The notes beneath the pieces were generated by a model that saw nothing but the letters and a program-made list of their open reading frames with translations, was not told where the DNA came from and ran no database searches. From Bacteriovoracaceae bacterium (lineage in GTDB: Bacteria > Bdellovibrionota > UBA1018), in the NCBI GenBank assembly GCA_947447665.1, contig CANFJX010000008.1, forward strand, positions 69,149-133,148: DNA of 64,000 nt, in the 5' to 3' direction. Below are positions 32,201-40,558 of the stretch, piece after piece. Every line of letters begins with the position of its first letter. Position 1 is the stretch's first letter. A program made the position numbers and the translations under genes.

Positions 32201-33861
32201 AGGCCATCCTCGTTTCAATGGAAGACATTTCCAATCGCCGCAATCTAGAAAAAGACCTCCTCAGCTCCCAAGAGCGTTTTCGCCTCCTCATCGAGTCAGC
32301 CCAAGACGCTATTTTGATTATTGACTCGAACGGCAAAATTGAATTCGCCAATGCCCAGGCCAATCACTGGTTTGGGTATTCCGCAGGAGAGTTGATTCAT
32401 CTAGATGTTGAGACGCTCGTCCCTGATCGGTTTCGAAGCCAACATATTTCTTATCGAGAGACGTACCTCAAGAGTCCTGAGCCACGAACGATGACCAGCC
32501 GCACCGAACTCTGGGGTAGAAGAAAAGATGGAAGTGAATTTCCCGTAGAAATTTCTTTGAGCCCCATCTACTTTAATCACGAAGTTCGTATTGCTGCGAT
32601 CGTCCGAGACGTCACTGAAGCACGTCGGCTTTTGGACGAGAAAAAAGCGCTGTTCGAACAAGAAAAAATGGCCCATGCCGATGCTGAGCACGCAAGAGCC
32701 GAAGCCGTCCGAGCCAACGAAGCTAAGGACGTATTTCTCGCGATACTCTCTCATGAGCTCCGCACTCCCCTCACATCCATCTTAGTCTGGGCTCAGCTCC
32801 TGAAGCGGGGGCCAATCGATGTCGAAAAGATAAAAAGAGGGTTGGACACCATTGAGCAAAGTGCTCAGGCGCAGGGCCAACTCATCAACGACCTTTTGGA
32901 TATGTCTCGAATCCAATCTGGAAAACTCTCCCTCACTCTGAACACGATCGATCCTGCTCAAATCGTACGCGCTGCGATCGAATCCGCCCGTCCGCTGGCT
33001 GCTGCCAAAAAAATCAACATCGAAATGATCGACCAACTCCCGTCGGGTAAACTCCACGGAGACAGCGGCAGAATTCAACAGATCCTCTGGAATCTTCTCA
33101 ACAACGCGATTAAGTTCTCTCCTGAGTCGAGCCGAATCGAGGTCCTCATTTCTCAGACCAAGGAGCAAGCACGGAACTACGTCATGCTGCAGGTCATCGA
33201 CCACGGACGGGGAATTGATCCGAAATTTTTACCTTATTTATTCACCCGATTTTCACAGCAAGACAGCACATTGACGCGACTTCACGGTGGATTAGGAATT
33301 GGATTAGCTTTAGTGCAAGATCTAGCCAAAGCACACGGGGGCTACGTGGAGGCCGCAAGCAACGGTCCAGAGCAAGGAGCCCAGTTTACTGTGTATTTGC
33401 CTTTACTCCGCGAACGCCCTGAAATTCCTCATCAGAAAAATGAGCTCATTCAGGAAGATGAAATGCCGGCACCTGACTTGTCAGGCCTCAGGATTATCAT
33501 CGTCGATGACGAGCCCAGCTCTCTCGAGGCTTTCGTAGAAGTAATCCAATCTTTTGGGGGAGTCCCGATCCCCTGCTCTTCAGCAAAGGAAGCATGGAAG
33601 GCTTTGCAAAATAACCAACCTCACATCCTTGTGAGTGATATTGCCATGCCGACTGAAGACGGCTACAGCTTAATCCAAAGAGTCCGGTCCCTCTCCCCCT
33701 CCCAGGGAGGAAAGATCCCAGCGATCGCTCTGACCGCTTTTGCAGCCAATCATGATATTGAACGGGTATTAGAGGCCGGTTATCAAACCCATCTGGCTAA
33801 ACCCGTGAGTAGCTACGACCTGTGCCGAACGATTCTTCGACTCACTCGAAAATCGGGTTAA
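29296..33861 (+). CDS. CheB/CheR-PAS-histidine kinase-receiver hybrid
   Basis: GASAGG/QHL/GSDG (CheB); GCATGEEAYS and CRNLLIYF (CheR); NEELQS coiled coil; PAS; SHELRTPL; GGLGIGL; receiver SDIAMP. Confidence 0.93.
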   Translation: MAKVTKKRTLRTFPIVGMGASAGGLEAISQVLAELPANLKLAIIVVQHLDPTHKSLLVKILSKISKLPVLEVKDGIPLEAGKVYVAPPHTQVRLNHGVLNLLASELKQKPSSTIDYFFQSLARDHKSKSVGIILSGNGSDGTLGLKEIRTHRGLTLAQDPTTAQHQEMSQSAIEAGMADLILSPQKIGRKLVEIAQLQGLKLPQKITPALKPKTPPQEASDLDAIFSLLKSQFQADFSHYKQTTLRRRIERRMAIQKKETMKEYLQFLQSQPQELKKLFDDLLIRVTEFFRDPRSFEALKQKVLSKIVKNKAPGTPIRVWILGCATGEEAYSVTMSLVETLEELGKKAPIQIFATDLSEAAIQKARAGIYPPSIRKNVSEERLSRFFTLHEQSYKVKKEIREICLFSRHDVTLDPPFVRLDLICCRNLLIYFDSDLQKRILPLLLYALNPKGFLWLGRSESVGRLAPLFRVADKTHRFYFRDKDQVVPRLEFPTRTLWAGKHELSTSRPAGSSWDESRIQQNVEELLLTEYAPPGVVINSRNEIIMARGNTSPYLQLPSGTASLNLFKMARLELISELRMAIQAAKKKGSPIRKKGIALVDGERKKFVTLSIFPFAQKEKPQKQEFLVLFEKIGTAETLITKKEGKFKLSSALTLFKNSRIRELEEELAEAKTYQQTVSDDFEANQEEITSTNEELQSANEELQSTIEELETAKEELQSTNEEVSSINEELRNRNSELLELSNDLANLFGNVDLPIVMVGPDGRVRRFTPRASQYFNLIPTDIGRPIGDVKPNFQGPELSQLVTQVTEALTPQEHEIRNSEGRWFRLQVRPYKTADHRIEGAVISLIDITALKQTLIESQTALRYAASVADTFPLPLVVLDESLRILSVNQEFSRAFDFDPNQELGSDFLTTIGDGAQRIPDLIDRLKEVLAADKPLSHFEVTYDFFKQGRRVILFSAQQIRWQDPLPKAILVSMEDISNRRNLEKDLLSSQERFRLLIESAQDAILIIDSNGKIEFANAQANHWFGYSAGELIHLDVETLVPDRFRSQHISYRETYLKSPEPRTMTSRTELWGRRKDGSEFPVEISLSPIYFNHEVRIAAIVRDVTEARRLLDEKKALFEQEKMAHADAEHARAEAVRANEAKDVFLAILSHELRTPLTSILVWAQLLKRGPIDVEKIKRGLDTIEQSAQAQGQLINDLLDMSRIQSGKLSLTLNTIDPAQIVRAAIESARPLAAAKKINIEMIDQLPSGKLHGDSGRIQQILWNLLNNAIKFSPESSRIEVLISQTKEQARNYVMLQVIDHGRGIDPKFLPYLFTRFSQQDSTLTRLHGGLGIGLALVQDLAKAHGGYVEAASNGPEQGAQFTVYLPLLRERPEIPHQKNELIQEDEMPAPDLSGLRIIIVDDEPSSLEAFVEVIQSFGGVPIPCSSAKEAWKALQNNQPHILVSDIAMPTEDGYSLIQRVRSLSPSQGGKIPAIALTAFAANHDIERVLEAGYQTHLAKPVSSYDLCRTILRLTRKSG

Positions 33862-34487
33862 AAACCAGAGGCACTCGCTCTCTCACTTAGATCCTTTACT
33901 TTTTTATTAATATTCGAATATGATCTATTTCAAACAATCAACATGATCAAACAACTGTAGGCCGGAGATGTTATCAGCATCTCCGACCCCCAGACCGCTC
34001 AGGCTCTTTCAGCGGTTTTCATTGCAATGGACCCTGGCCCGCTCGATTAAGCGAGCTAGGTCGCCTATTCGAGTTCGTTTCATTCTCGAACAGGCAGGCA
34101 TCGAATTCCCAATTCAACATCCGACACCAAAAACTCCCTGGACTCAGAACCTCTTGTAGAGTCACGATCTCAGCTGTATTAATCCTCCGCTTTCGCGTTG
34201 GCTCTTGCCAGCATGACCACTGGAATAGTTCGAACAGCTATCCCTCAGAGAAGAAGCGCTTTTGGCACTTTTTCCGACCCCAATGTTTTTGGGTACACCG
34301 GGAATCCTCTCATGATAAAGCAAAAAAAATATTCACCATGAGCTAAGGATGAAGAAATAATCGTTCCATCATCCCTTTTCAGGAGAGAGACCCTTTCGAA
34401 CCTCTCACCATTTATCTTAATCTATTTCAAGTTTGATACCACTCTTGAACTCCCCGAGTATGACCTCGAGAAGCCCTCGAAAACCTC

Positions 34488-35036
34488 CTAAGCAGCTTTT
34501 TCGGACTTAATTTCCTTTTTATTCAAAAGCATTTTGCCCTCTTTAATTGGAATTTGCTTGGCAGGGGCCACCTCAACCTTAGGAAGGGCGATCTGCAGCA
34601 CGCCATCTTCAAAGCGAGCCTCAGCCTGATCAAAGTTCACGTTCGCAGGCAAAGTAAAGGAGCGCATAAAGTTACCAGAGAATCGCTCTTCTGTAAGGCG
34701 ACCCTTCACTTCCTCTCTCTTCTCCTTCTTTCGCTCACCGGAGACCATCAGCACCTGATCACGACACTCAATCTTAATCTCTTCCTTCTTTACGCCCGGA
34801 AGATCAAAACTTACCATAAAATGAGTATCGGTCTCATTAACATCACAGGGAGGAACAAACTCCCCCACTAACTCAGGCCACTCACCCTTGACGCGATTCA
34901 AACTCTGAGTAGGCTCTATGAGTAGATCATCAAAGAGATGCTCCATCCTCCTTTGCAAGCGAGTAATCTCTCGAAATGGATTTACGACATTGCGCTCACC
35001 ACTCCACAAACTTGGTAATAAATTTCGGATAGCCAT
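34488..35036 (-). CDS. Hsp20/alpha-crystallin small heat-shock protein
   Basis: DLPGVKKE, SGERK, ERFSGNFMRSFTLP, FEDGVL. Confidence 0.93.
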   Translation of the reverse strand: MAIRNLLPSLWSGERNVVNPFREITRLQRRMEHLFDDLLIEPTQSLNRVKGEWPELVGEFVPPCDVNETDTHFMVSFDLPGVKKEEIKIECRDQVLMVSGERKKEKREEVKGRLTEERFSGNFMRSFTLPANVNFDQAEARFEDGVLQIALPKVEVAPAKQIPIKEGKMLLNKKEIKSEKAA

Positions 35037-35054
35037 AGAATCTCTCCTTTTTTT

Positions 35055-35495
35055 TTATGCTACTTTTTTGGTCTGTTCGACCGAAATTGCAATATTCCGA
35101 TCGATTTTTTTTAATTCTTCCTTGGGTACCACCTTGGAAGCCTCTGGAAAAATGCGATTCTCTTCCTCTTTAATATGTTCTTCAAAGGTCTGGCTCAGTC
35201 GGACCATTTGATTTTGAAACTGACGCTCGTCTTGAGCCACTGCAATGACACTATGTAACTCCTGCCTCAGGCGCTCGTGCTCCCTCCAAAAGCCATAGAC
35301 TTCACGTTTAAGCGGCTCGAAGTTTTCAAGGACCGGGTAGACGTGCCGCTCTTCGACCAAAGTATGGGCGTTAATTTCCGTCAGAATACGCTTCAGCAGC
35401 TCGGTGCGCTCCTGTATTGGAATTTTTTTTTGTACAGCCTGCAGTAAATTCCTAATATTTTTATGCTGATCGATTAAAATCGAAAAATGTTCCAT
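35055..35495 (-). CDS. Hemerythrin (HHE) domain protein
   Basis: QH..I, HTLVEE..YP, EH, HIKEEE..IFP; probable start ATG 35495 after GAAGGG. Confidence 0.85.
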   Translation of the reverse strand: MEHFSILIDQHKNIRNLLQAVQKKIPIQERTELLKRILTEINAHTLVEERHVYPVLENFEPLKREVYGFWREHERLRQELHSVIAVAQDERQFQNQMVRLSQTFEEHIKEEENRIFPEASKVVPKEELKKIDRNIAISVEQTKKVA

Positions 35496-35569
35496 AAATT
35501 TCCCTTCATTTGATTTCATTTCAACTGAAAAACGATTCAAAGATCACTCCCTGCAACGCACATGCAAAC

Positions 35570-36271
35570 CTAAAACTTAAGATAGGTCGTAAACCACTTC
35601 CGAGCATGCTCAGAAACTGCATCCAATGCACCTGGCTGTTCAAAAAGATGAGTCGCGCCTGGAATAATTACCAGACTTGCTTGCTTCAATTTTTTCAGTG
35701 CTTTTTGATTCATTGCAATCACGATATCGTCATTTCCACCCACAATGAGGAGAGTGGGAGCAGTCACCTCGCTCAGGCGCGGAAGCGCCAAATCAGGCCT
35801 CCCGCCACGAGATACGACTGCTTGAATCATCGAACCTAATTCTGCCGCAGCCCACAGAGCTGCAGCGCCCCCCGTACTCGCTCCAAAGTACCCAACGGGT
35901 AAGTCTTTGGAAATCTCTTGGGATTTGACCCATCGAGTAGCTGCAACCAGACGGTCCGCCAAGAGCTCTATGTCAAAAACGTTCTCGCGATCTTGAGCCT
36001 CATCCCAGGTTAAGAGATCAAAGAGAAGCGTCCCTAAACGTCCCTCATTCAGATACTCAGAAACACGAACATTTCTGGGGCTCAGCCGACTGCTCCCACT
36101 CCCATGGGCAAAAACCACCATGCCTCTGCATTGAGAGGGAACGACAAGAGTACCGGGAAGCACCACAGAACGATCGACAATTTCAATATCTTTGGTAAAA
36201 AACTCTCCTGGCTCAACCTTCACTTTCTGATCCAAATCGACTGGTTTTTTTCGCTGTGATCGCAAACTCAT
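35570..36271 (-). CDS. Alpha/beta hydrolase (dienelactone-hydrolase-like)
   Basis: FAHGSGSSRLSPRN, GYFGASTG, VSRGGRPDLA, GATHLFE; start ATG 36271 after GAGG. Confidence 0.88.
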   Translation of the reverse strand: MSLRSQRKKPVDLDQKVKVEPGEFFTKDIEIVDRSVVLPGTLVVPSQCRGMVVFAHGSGSSRLSPRNVRVSEYLNEGRLGTLLFDLLTWDEAQDRENVFDIELLADRLVAATRWVKSQEISKDLPVGYFGASTGGAAALWAAAELGSMIQAVVSRGGRPDLALPRLSEVTAPTLLIVGGNDDIVIAMNQKALKKLKQASLVIIPGATHLFEQPGALDAVSEHARKWFTTYLKF

Positions 36272-36316
36272 AATTACCTCATCTAATTGCAATAATTAAA
36301 CTAGCCATATTCACGG

Positions 36317-36332
36317 TGCATCATTGGGGCCA
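36317..36332 (-). promoter_or_regulatory. Putative sigma-54 promoter of hydrolase-hemerythrin-Hsp20 genes
   Basis: TGGCCCCAATGATGCA on minus strand, GG-N10-GC. Confidence 0.5.
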
Positions 36333-36397
36333 ATCGAGGGCCAAGTCAGGGTCAAATAAAAGATCAAGCAATTAGGACTAATTCATTTTGAATTTTT

Positions 36398-36413
36398 TGG
36401 CGAAAACCTTGCT
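36398..36413 (+). promoter_or_regulatory. Putative sigma-54 promoter
   Basis: TGGCGAAAACCTTGCT, GG-N10-GC, just upstream of ATG 36426. Confidence 0.55.
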
Positions 36414-36425
36414 TTAGCTATCACT

Positions 36426-37070
36426 ATGAAAACCTTTACCCCTCGACGCAAATACAAGCACCCCTTTAAGGAAACCGCTCGGCAAGACCCCTACCGGTCC
36501 ACCAGTAAACCCAAGAACCATCCGCAATGTCCCGCTTGTCATGCGGTGAATGTTCGTGGGCGCTGGCTATCTCAACAGCAAGTCGCTCGCCTGGCTCCTG
36601 CAAACAAGCCGTCCGAGGAACCTAAAAATGAGTTAAAATGTCCCGCTTGCCATCAAAAAGAAGACGAATTCGCTCTCGGAGTAGTTGAGTTAAGAGGAGA
36701 AGCGTGGAAACAAACTCAAGAGGAGGTATTAAACACCCTCAGAAACACTGAGACTATTGCTCGTAGCCGAAATGACCAAGAGCGAATTCTCTGGATCAAG
36801 GAGCTCAAAACCATGACTAAGATCTATGTCGCGCTCCCAGAACTGGCTAGACGAATTGGCCGAGAGCTAGAGAATAGTTTTCAAGGGTTCGTTGAATACT
36901 CACATTCACCTGAGGAACCCTACCTGAGAGTTCGATGGTGGTCTCAACTCCCGCACATGAAACATCGCCCAGGACACGCCCTTAACCCATCTCTTGAGGA
37001 AAAAAACTTAATCAAGGAACGAGGTCGGCCCCATAAATCTAAGTCTTTTCGATCGCGGAGCGGTGGTTAG
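36426..37070 (+). CDS. BCAM0308-family protein
   Basis: DPY, CPAC..GRW, CPAC..GVVEL, ERI, LARRIG, RVRW pattern. Confidence 0.7.
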   Translation: MKTFTPRRKYKHPFKETARQDPYRSTSKPKNHPQCPACHAVNVRGRWLSQQQVARLAPANKPSEEPKNELKCPACHQKEDEFALGVVELRGEAWKQTQEEVLNTLRNTETIARSRNDQERILWIKELKTMTKIYVALPELARRIGRELENSFQGFVEYSHSPEEPYLRVRWWSQLPHMKHRPGHALNPSLEEKNLIKERGRPHKSKSFRSRSGG

Positions 37071-37131
37071 TCACATTATAATCAGGAAAAATTCGCTTTT
37101 TTATATTTTGTGTGTTAATTAAACGCCCATC

Positions 37132-37848
37132 ATGAAAAAAGTAAACTCAGTTACCCTGAAATTCAGTTTAATTTGTATTCAATTAGCGTTATTCGGTCTC
37201 CTACCGTCAGCCCATTCGGGAGTGGTGGTTGAGCTGCAAGGTAAACGGATTGAATTTACACGTGATGCTTCCCTATCTCTGCAGATTAACGCCGAGGACG
37301 ACATCCGCATCAGCTTAGACCTGCTGCGAGGAATGGTCAGCGAATCATCTCGCTGGACACTCGACACACGCGAAGAAAAACTCAATCAAGCCCTGGACCG
37401 CATGGAATGCTACATCGCCGCCAAGGATTTGGGAACCGAGGAGTTCAAACCCGAAATTAGTATTGGTGCCTCCTGCAAGGAAGCCTCCTACGCTGACTTG
37501 GACTTTAAGGGTGATTTTATTTTAGTAGTTAAAGTACTGAGCGACGACTTCTCTTTCGCCAAGCGCCGTAAACAAAAAATACCTCTAGTCGCCGAAACAT
37601 TCGTAGGCCTTTTCCGCAGTCAGTTTGCTTATACGCCTGAGGGATCGCCTCGTAGTGAATCGCCTGGTTTGTTTAGACTCGCAGAACGAATCCAAACATA
37701 CGGAGGGGACTCACCTCATGAGCTTCACCCGAGCCTCATCTCTCGTGCATCGCGAGGCGTTTGTCCATCACCTCGATCACGTGTGAGCTCAAGCTCTCCT
37801 TTTTGTCCAATTTTGTCTGAACCATTACTGCGCACGCCTAGTGAATAA
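37132..37848 (+). CDS. Hypothetical secreted protein with Ser/Pro-rich tail
   Basis: Signal peptide ending AHS; no recognised domain. Confidence 0.6.
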   Translation: MKKVNSVTLKFSLICIQLALFGLLPSAHSGVVVELQGKRIEFTRDASLSLQINAEDDIRISLDLLRGMVSESSRWTLDTREEKLNQALDRMECYIAAKDLGTEEFKPEISIGASCKEASYADLDFKGDFILVVKVLSDDFSFAKRRKQKIPLVAETFVGLFRSQFAYTPEGSPRSESPGLFRLAERIQTYGGDSPHELHPSLISRASRGVCPSPRSRVSSSSPFCPILSEPLLRTPSE

Positions 37849-38002
37849 GCCTCAGCAATAATTAGAGGTTAGTCACCTGTCAAAAAGTTCAGCACTTTAT
37901 CTCATCGTCTTCCGCTCTGATTCTGATCTAATTATTTACACTTTACAGATATAATTCAATAGTTTTAGGTACTTAAAATTTATAATTAGTGTAAATAAAA
38001 AA

Positions 38003-38018
38003 CGGCACACAAGTTGCT
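38003..38018 (+). promoter_or_regulatory. Putative sigma-54 promoter
   Basis: CGGCACACAAGTTGCT, near-consensus TGGCAC-N5-TTGC. Confidence 0.65.
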
Positions 38019-38098
38019 CTAGTGCCCTCGTGCTTGTGGAAAAACTCCGAGAGTTGTCACATAAAAAAGAACAGACAAGCAGAAAGAGAGAAGCGTAT

Positions 38099-38800
38099 AT
38101 GAAGAAGTTGAATTTTATATCGGCGAGTTTGGTTATTTTCGCATCCCTAGCAACGGCGTGCGGTCCAGCGAATCCAATAGGCATCCCTGGCATCGGGATA
38201 GGATCGATCAACGGTAACTGGAACTATCAGGGCGCTGGCGGGGGCAATACGTTTTACGGGATCGTGCAGGCTGCCAACATGAATGGAGCAAATCCGAATA
38301 ATCCGGCTTTGACTCTGCTTCAGCAAATATCCTATGGCGGTAACTCAACTAGCATTAATCGTTTAAATATCGGAGGCGGAGGCGGTCAACTCATCATGAC
38401 CTACAACACTAACTGCACCGTAATGCTCCCTCTCAGCCTAACCTATTCAGGGGCCCAAGTTACCCTATCTTACTCAGGTGGACCCATCTCCTCCACTCCA
38501 ACGGTAGCCACTGTGGCGGGTCCTACCAATTGCGCTCTCCAGCAATCAGGATCATGGACGTCTTACTCCTCATCCACGACTGCAACCGGAACGAGTTATA
38601 CCTATTTTGCGCAGCCAGCCCCTTTCGGGACTTACAGCTACACGGTGAGTGGAAATTTCATGTCCTTAATGGTGGGCTCTTCTTATGGCCAAGGGTATGG
38701 TCAAGGGTACGGGCAAGGATATGGGCAAGGCTACGGACAAGGCTACTACGGGCAAGGCTACGGGCAGGGCTCTGGACAATCGTTGTCCTTCACTAAGTAG
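38099..38800 (+). CDS. Low-complexity lipoprotein with C-terminal YGQG repeats
   Basis: MKK..LATA-C lipobox; G/S/T/N/Q/Y-rich. Confidence 0.8.
   Translation: MKKLNFISASLVIFASLATACGPANPIGIPGIGIGSINGNWNYQGAGGGNTFYGIVQAANMNGANPNNPALTLLQQISYGGNSTSINRLNIGGGGGQLIMTYNTNCTVMLPLSLTYSGAQVTLSYSGGPISSTPTVATVAGPTNCALQQSGSWTSYSSSTTATGTSYTYFAQPAPFGTYSYTVSGNFMSLMVGSSYGQGYGQGYGQGYGQGYGQGYYGQGYGQGSGQSLSFTK
38684..38770 (+). repeat. Coding tandem repeat (YGQG)x7, 12-bp unit
   Basis: TAYGGNCARGGN units with synonymous variation. Confidence 0.9.
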
Positions 38801-38854
38801 GCACTCAGGAGGCGCCTCGCGCTCGAGCAGACTGCCGTTTACTTCTTTGGCCCT

Positions 38855-39430
38855 TTACTTCTTAGATGGATGCTCTCCGACAACGCCTTTCGCCTTCTCA
38901 GCTGAGACGAACGAAAGGCCCATCCACTGTGCGGTCAAATCACTTGCCACTCTCGGCCAGCCCGATTGACCTCGGCATGCCTGCTTCGAAATCAGGGCCC
39001 CGTCTGTTCGTATCAGCCGAATCTTAACTGGCGACGAGCACTGAGGGCTCCCTTTCAATTCGTGATTCACGACCGAATGGATGCGATCTAACTGCTCCCG
39101 AGCCTGCTCAATTGAAATCAGCGGATGAAACTCGGAAAGTTTAAACCCTGCATGCGAAACAGTAATTTCCCCACTCCTGCCACCCTGAGCCGACAAATGC
39201 GCCATAAGACTTTGCGGACCCGCCCATTTTTCAGCCGGTCCGGGGTACTCAATGATTGCCTCGGTGAACGGTGGATTGCCGTCCTCATTTAATCGACCAT
39301 CCAGGACATTGCCGCCCTTTGATGAACCAAAGCAGCCGCTCAACCCCACCGATATGGAGAGAGCCGTCAGAGCTCCAAATACCCAATTGCCTGCGATCGA
39401 AACTAGATCACGCCTAGTTGAAAAAATCAT
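38855..39430 (-). CDS. Hypothetical lipoprotein
   Basis: LSGC lipobox; overlaps the upstream ORF by 4 nt. Confidence 0.6.
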   Translation of the reverse strand: MIFSTRRDLVSIAGNWVFGALTALSISVGLSGCFGSSKGGNVLDGRLNEDGNPPFTEAIIEYPGPAEKWAGPQSLMAHLSAQGGRSGEITVSHAGFKLSEFHPLISIEQAREQLDRIHSVVNHELKGSPQCSSPVKIRLIRTDGALISKQACRGQSGWPRVASDLTAQWMGLSFVSAEKAKGVVGEHPSKK

Positions 39431-40464
39431 TCACTTATCCCCTTCTCAGTCTTTGCAATTGCCTTCAGCTTTTTACCGAGGACATCATGTAAACAAGCCT
39501 TCCGCTTCTCATCCGTAAAAACAGGAAGCTGACATTTTGGTTCATCGAGATAGGCCGCCAAACTAGATGAAACACCCCAAGTGTTTTCTGACGAATTCTC
39601 AGCACTACAGTTTTTTTCTTCGACTTCTCCTAGGCACTTTAAGAGAGGAGACCAAACCGCTTGCACGCCTGAGTGAGCTAGCTCGCATGGACTCCAGGAC
39701 TGCGCTACGAGTCGGGTCATTTCAAAAGACGCCCGCTTTGAATCAAGCTCCATGAGTTTTAAGAACCCACCGCCCATTAAAAGCATCGGGGCCCCTTGAT
39801 CATCTCGAACCCATACTCCGATTCCCCGCCAACTCAAGTCAGGCTCCTCGACTGAGGCGTGAACCGGCTGTACGATTTTCAGTTCAGACACACGCTTTTC
39901 CATCGTCGCTCGCGCTTCTTTTGAGAGATTTTCAGCATGGTCCTTCAACCAGCTTGAGAGAATTTCTTTGGAGTGGTGAAAAGCTTTCACAGTGCGTCCC
40001 CACTCTTCAGGGGTGACCTGATTCTTAGTTACGCCTTCTCCTCGAAGCTCAAAGGACTGACAAACCCCATTCTTTTGAGCAAGACCGTGGGCCTGATGAT
40101 CTTGAGGCGAGAGCCTCAGCCCCCCACCCTTCTTATCAAGCCCGACTTGCGAGCCATCCATCTCATCACCATCATGCTCACCAGCATTCCCACCATCATG
40201 CCCACCAAGGGAGACCTCGACCGGCCTAGGGGCAGGGGCTGGGGTTGAGGACCAGACCTGACCTTCATGAGCTTCCGGTCCAGACTTCGAGCTGGATGAA
40301 TGGGAGGAAATTTTTCGTTGAAAAGCGCTAGACAACCCGGCCAAATCTGAACCTAACCGCTTAGGGAATTTTCCGATTCCAATGACAAAAATGATGGATA
40401 ATCCTGAAAAAAACAAGACCACTGGGATGACGACTCTAACCGTTTTCGGTGCCATAGGTACCAC
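39427..40464 (-). CDS. Hypothetical membrane-anchored protein
   Basis: N-terminal TM, low-complexity linker, Cys-containing C-terminal domain. Confidence 0.65.
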   Translation of the reverse strand: MVPMAPKTVRVVIPVVLFFSGLSIIFVIGIGKFPKRLGSDLAGLSSAFQRKISSHSSSSKSGPEAHEGQVWSSTPAPAPRPVEVSLGGHDGGNAGEHDGDEMDGSQVGLDKKGGGLRLSPQDHQAHGLAQKNGVCQSFELRGEGVTKNQVTPEEWGRTVKAFHHSKEILSSWLKDHAENLSKEARATMEKRVSELKIVQPVHASVEEPDLSWRGIGVWVRDDQGAPMLLMGGGFLKLMELDSKRASFEMTRLVAQSWSPCELAHSGVQAVWSPLLKCLGEVEEKNCSAENSSENTWGVSSSLAAYLDEPKCQLPVFTDEKRKACLHDVLGKKLKAIAKTEKGISE

Positions 40465-40558
40465 TTTTCAAATTTTTTACTAAAATTAAAAACCTCAAAC
40501 TGTCCTCCTTATTTTTCGACAGATCCTGGCGTAAAATTAGAAAAATATTTGAATTCCC

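Noticed and set aside
33862..34487. 626-bp gap as a pseudogene, ncRNA or the 63-aa ORF 33968-34159
   Set aside because: Frames I checked contain stops and show no recognisable motif or structure
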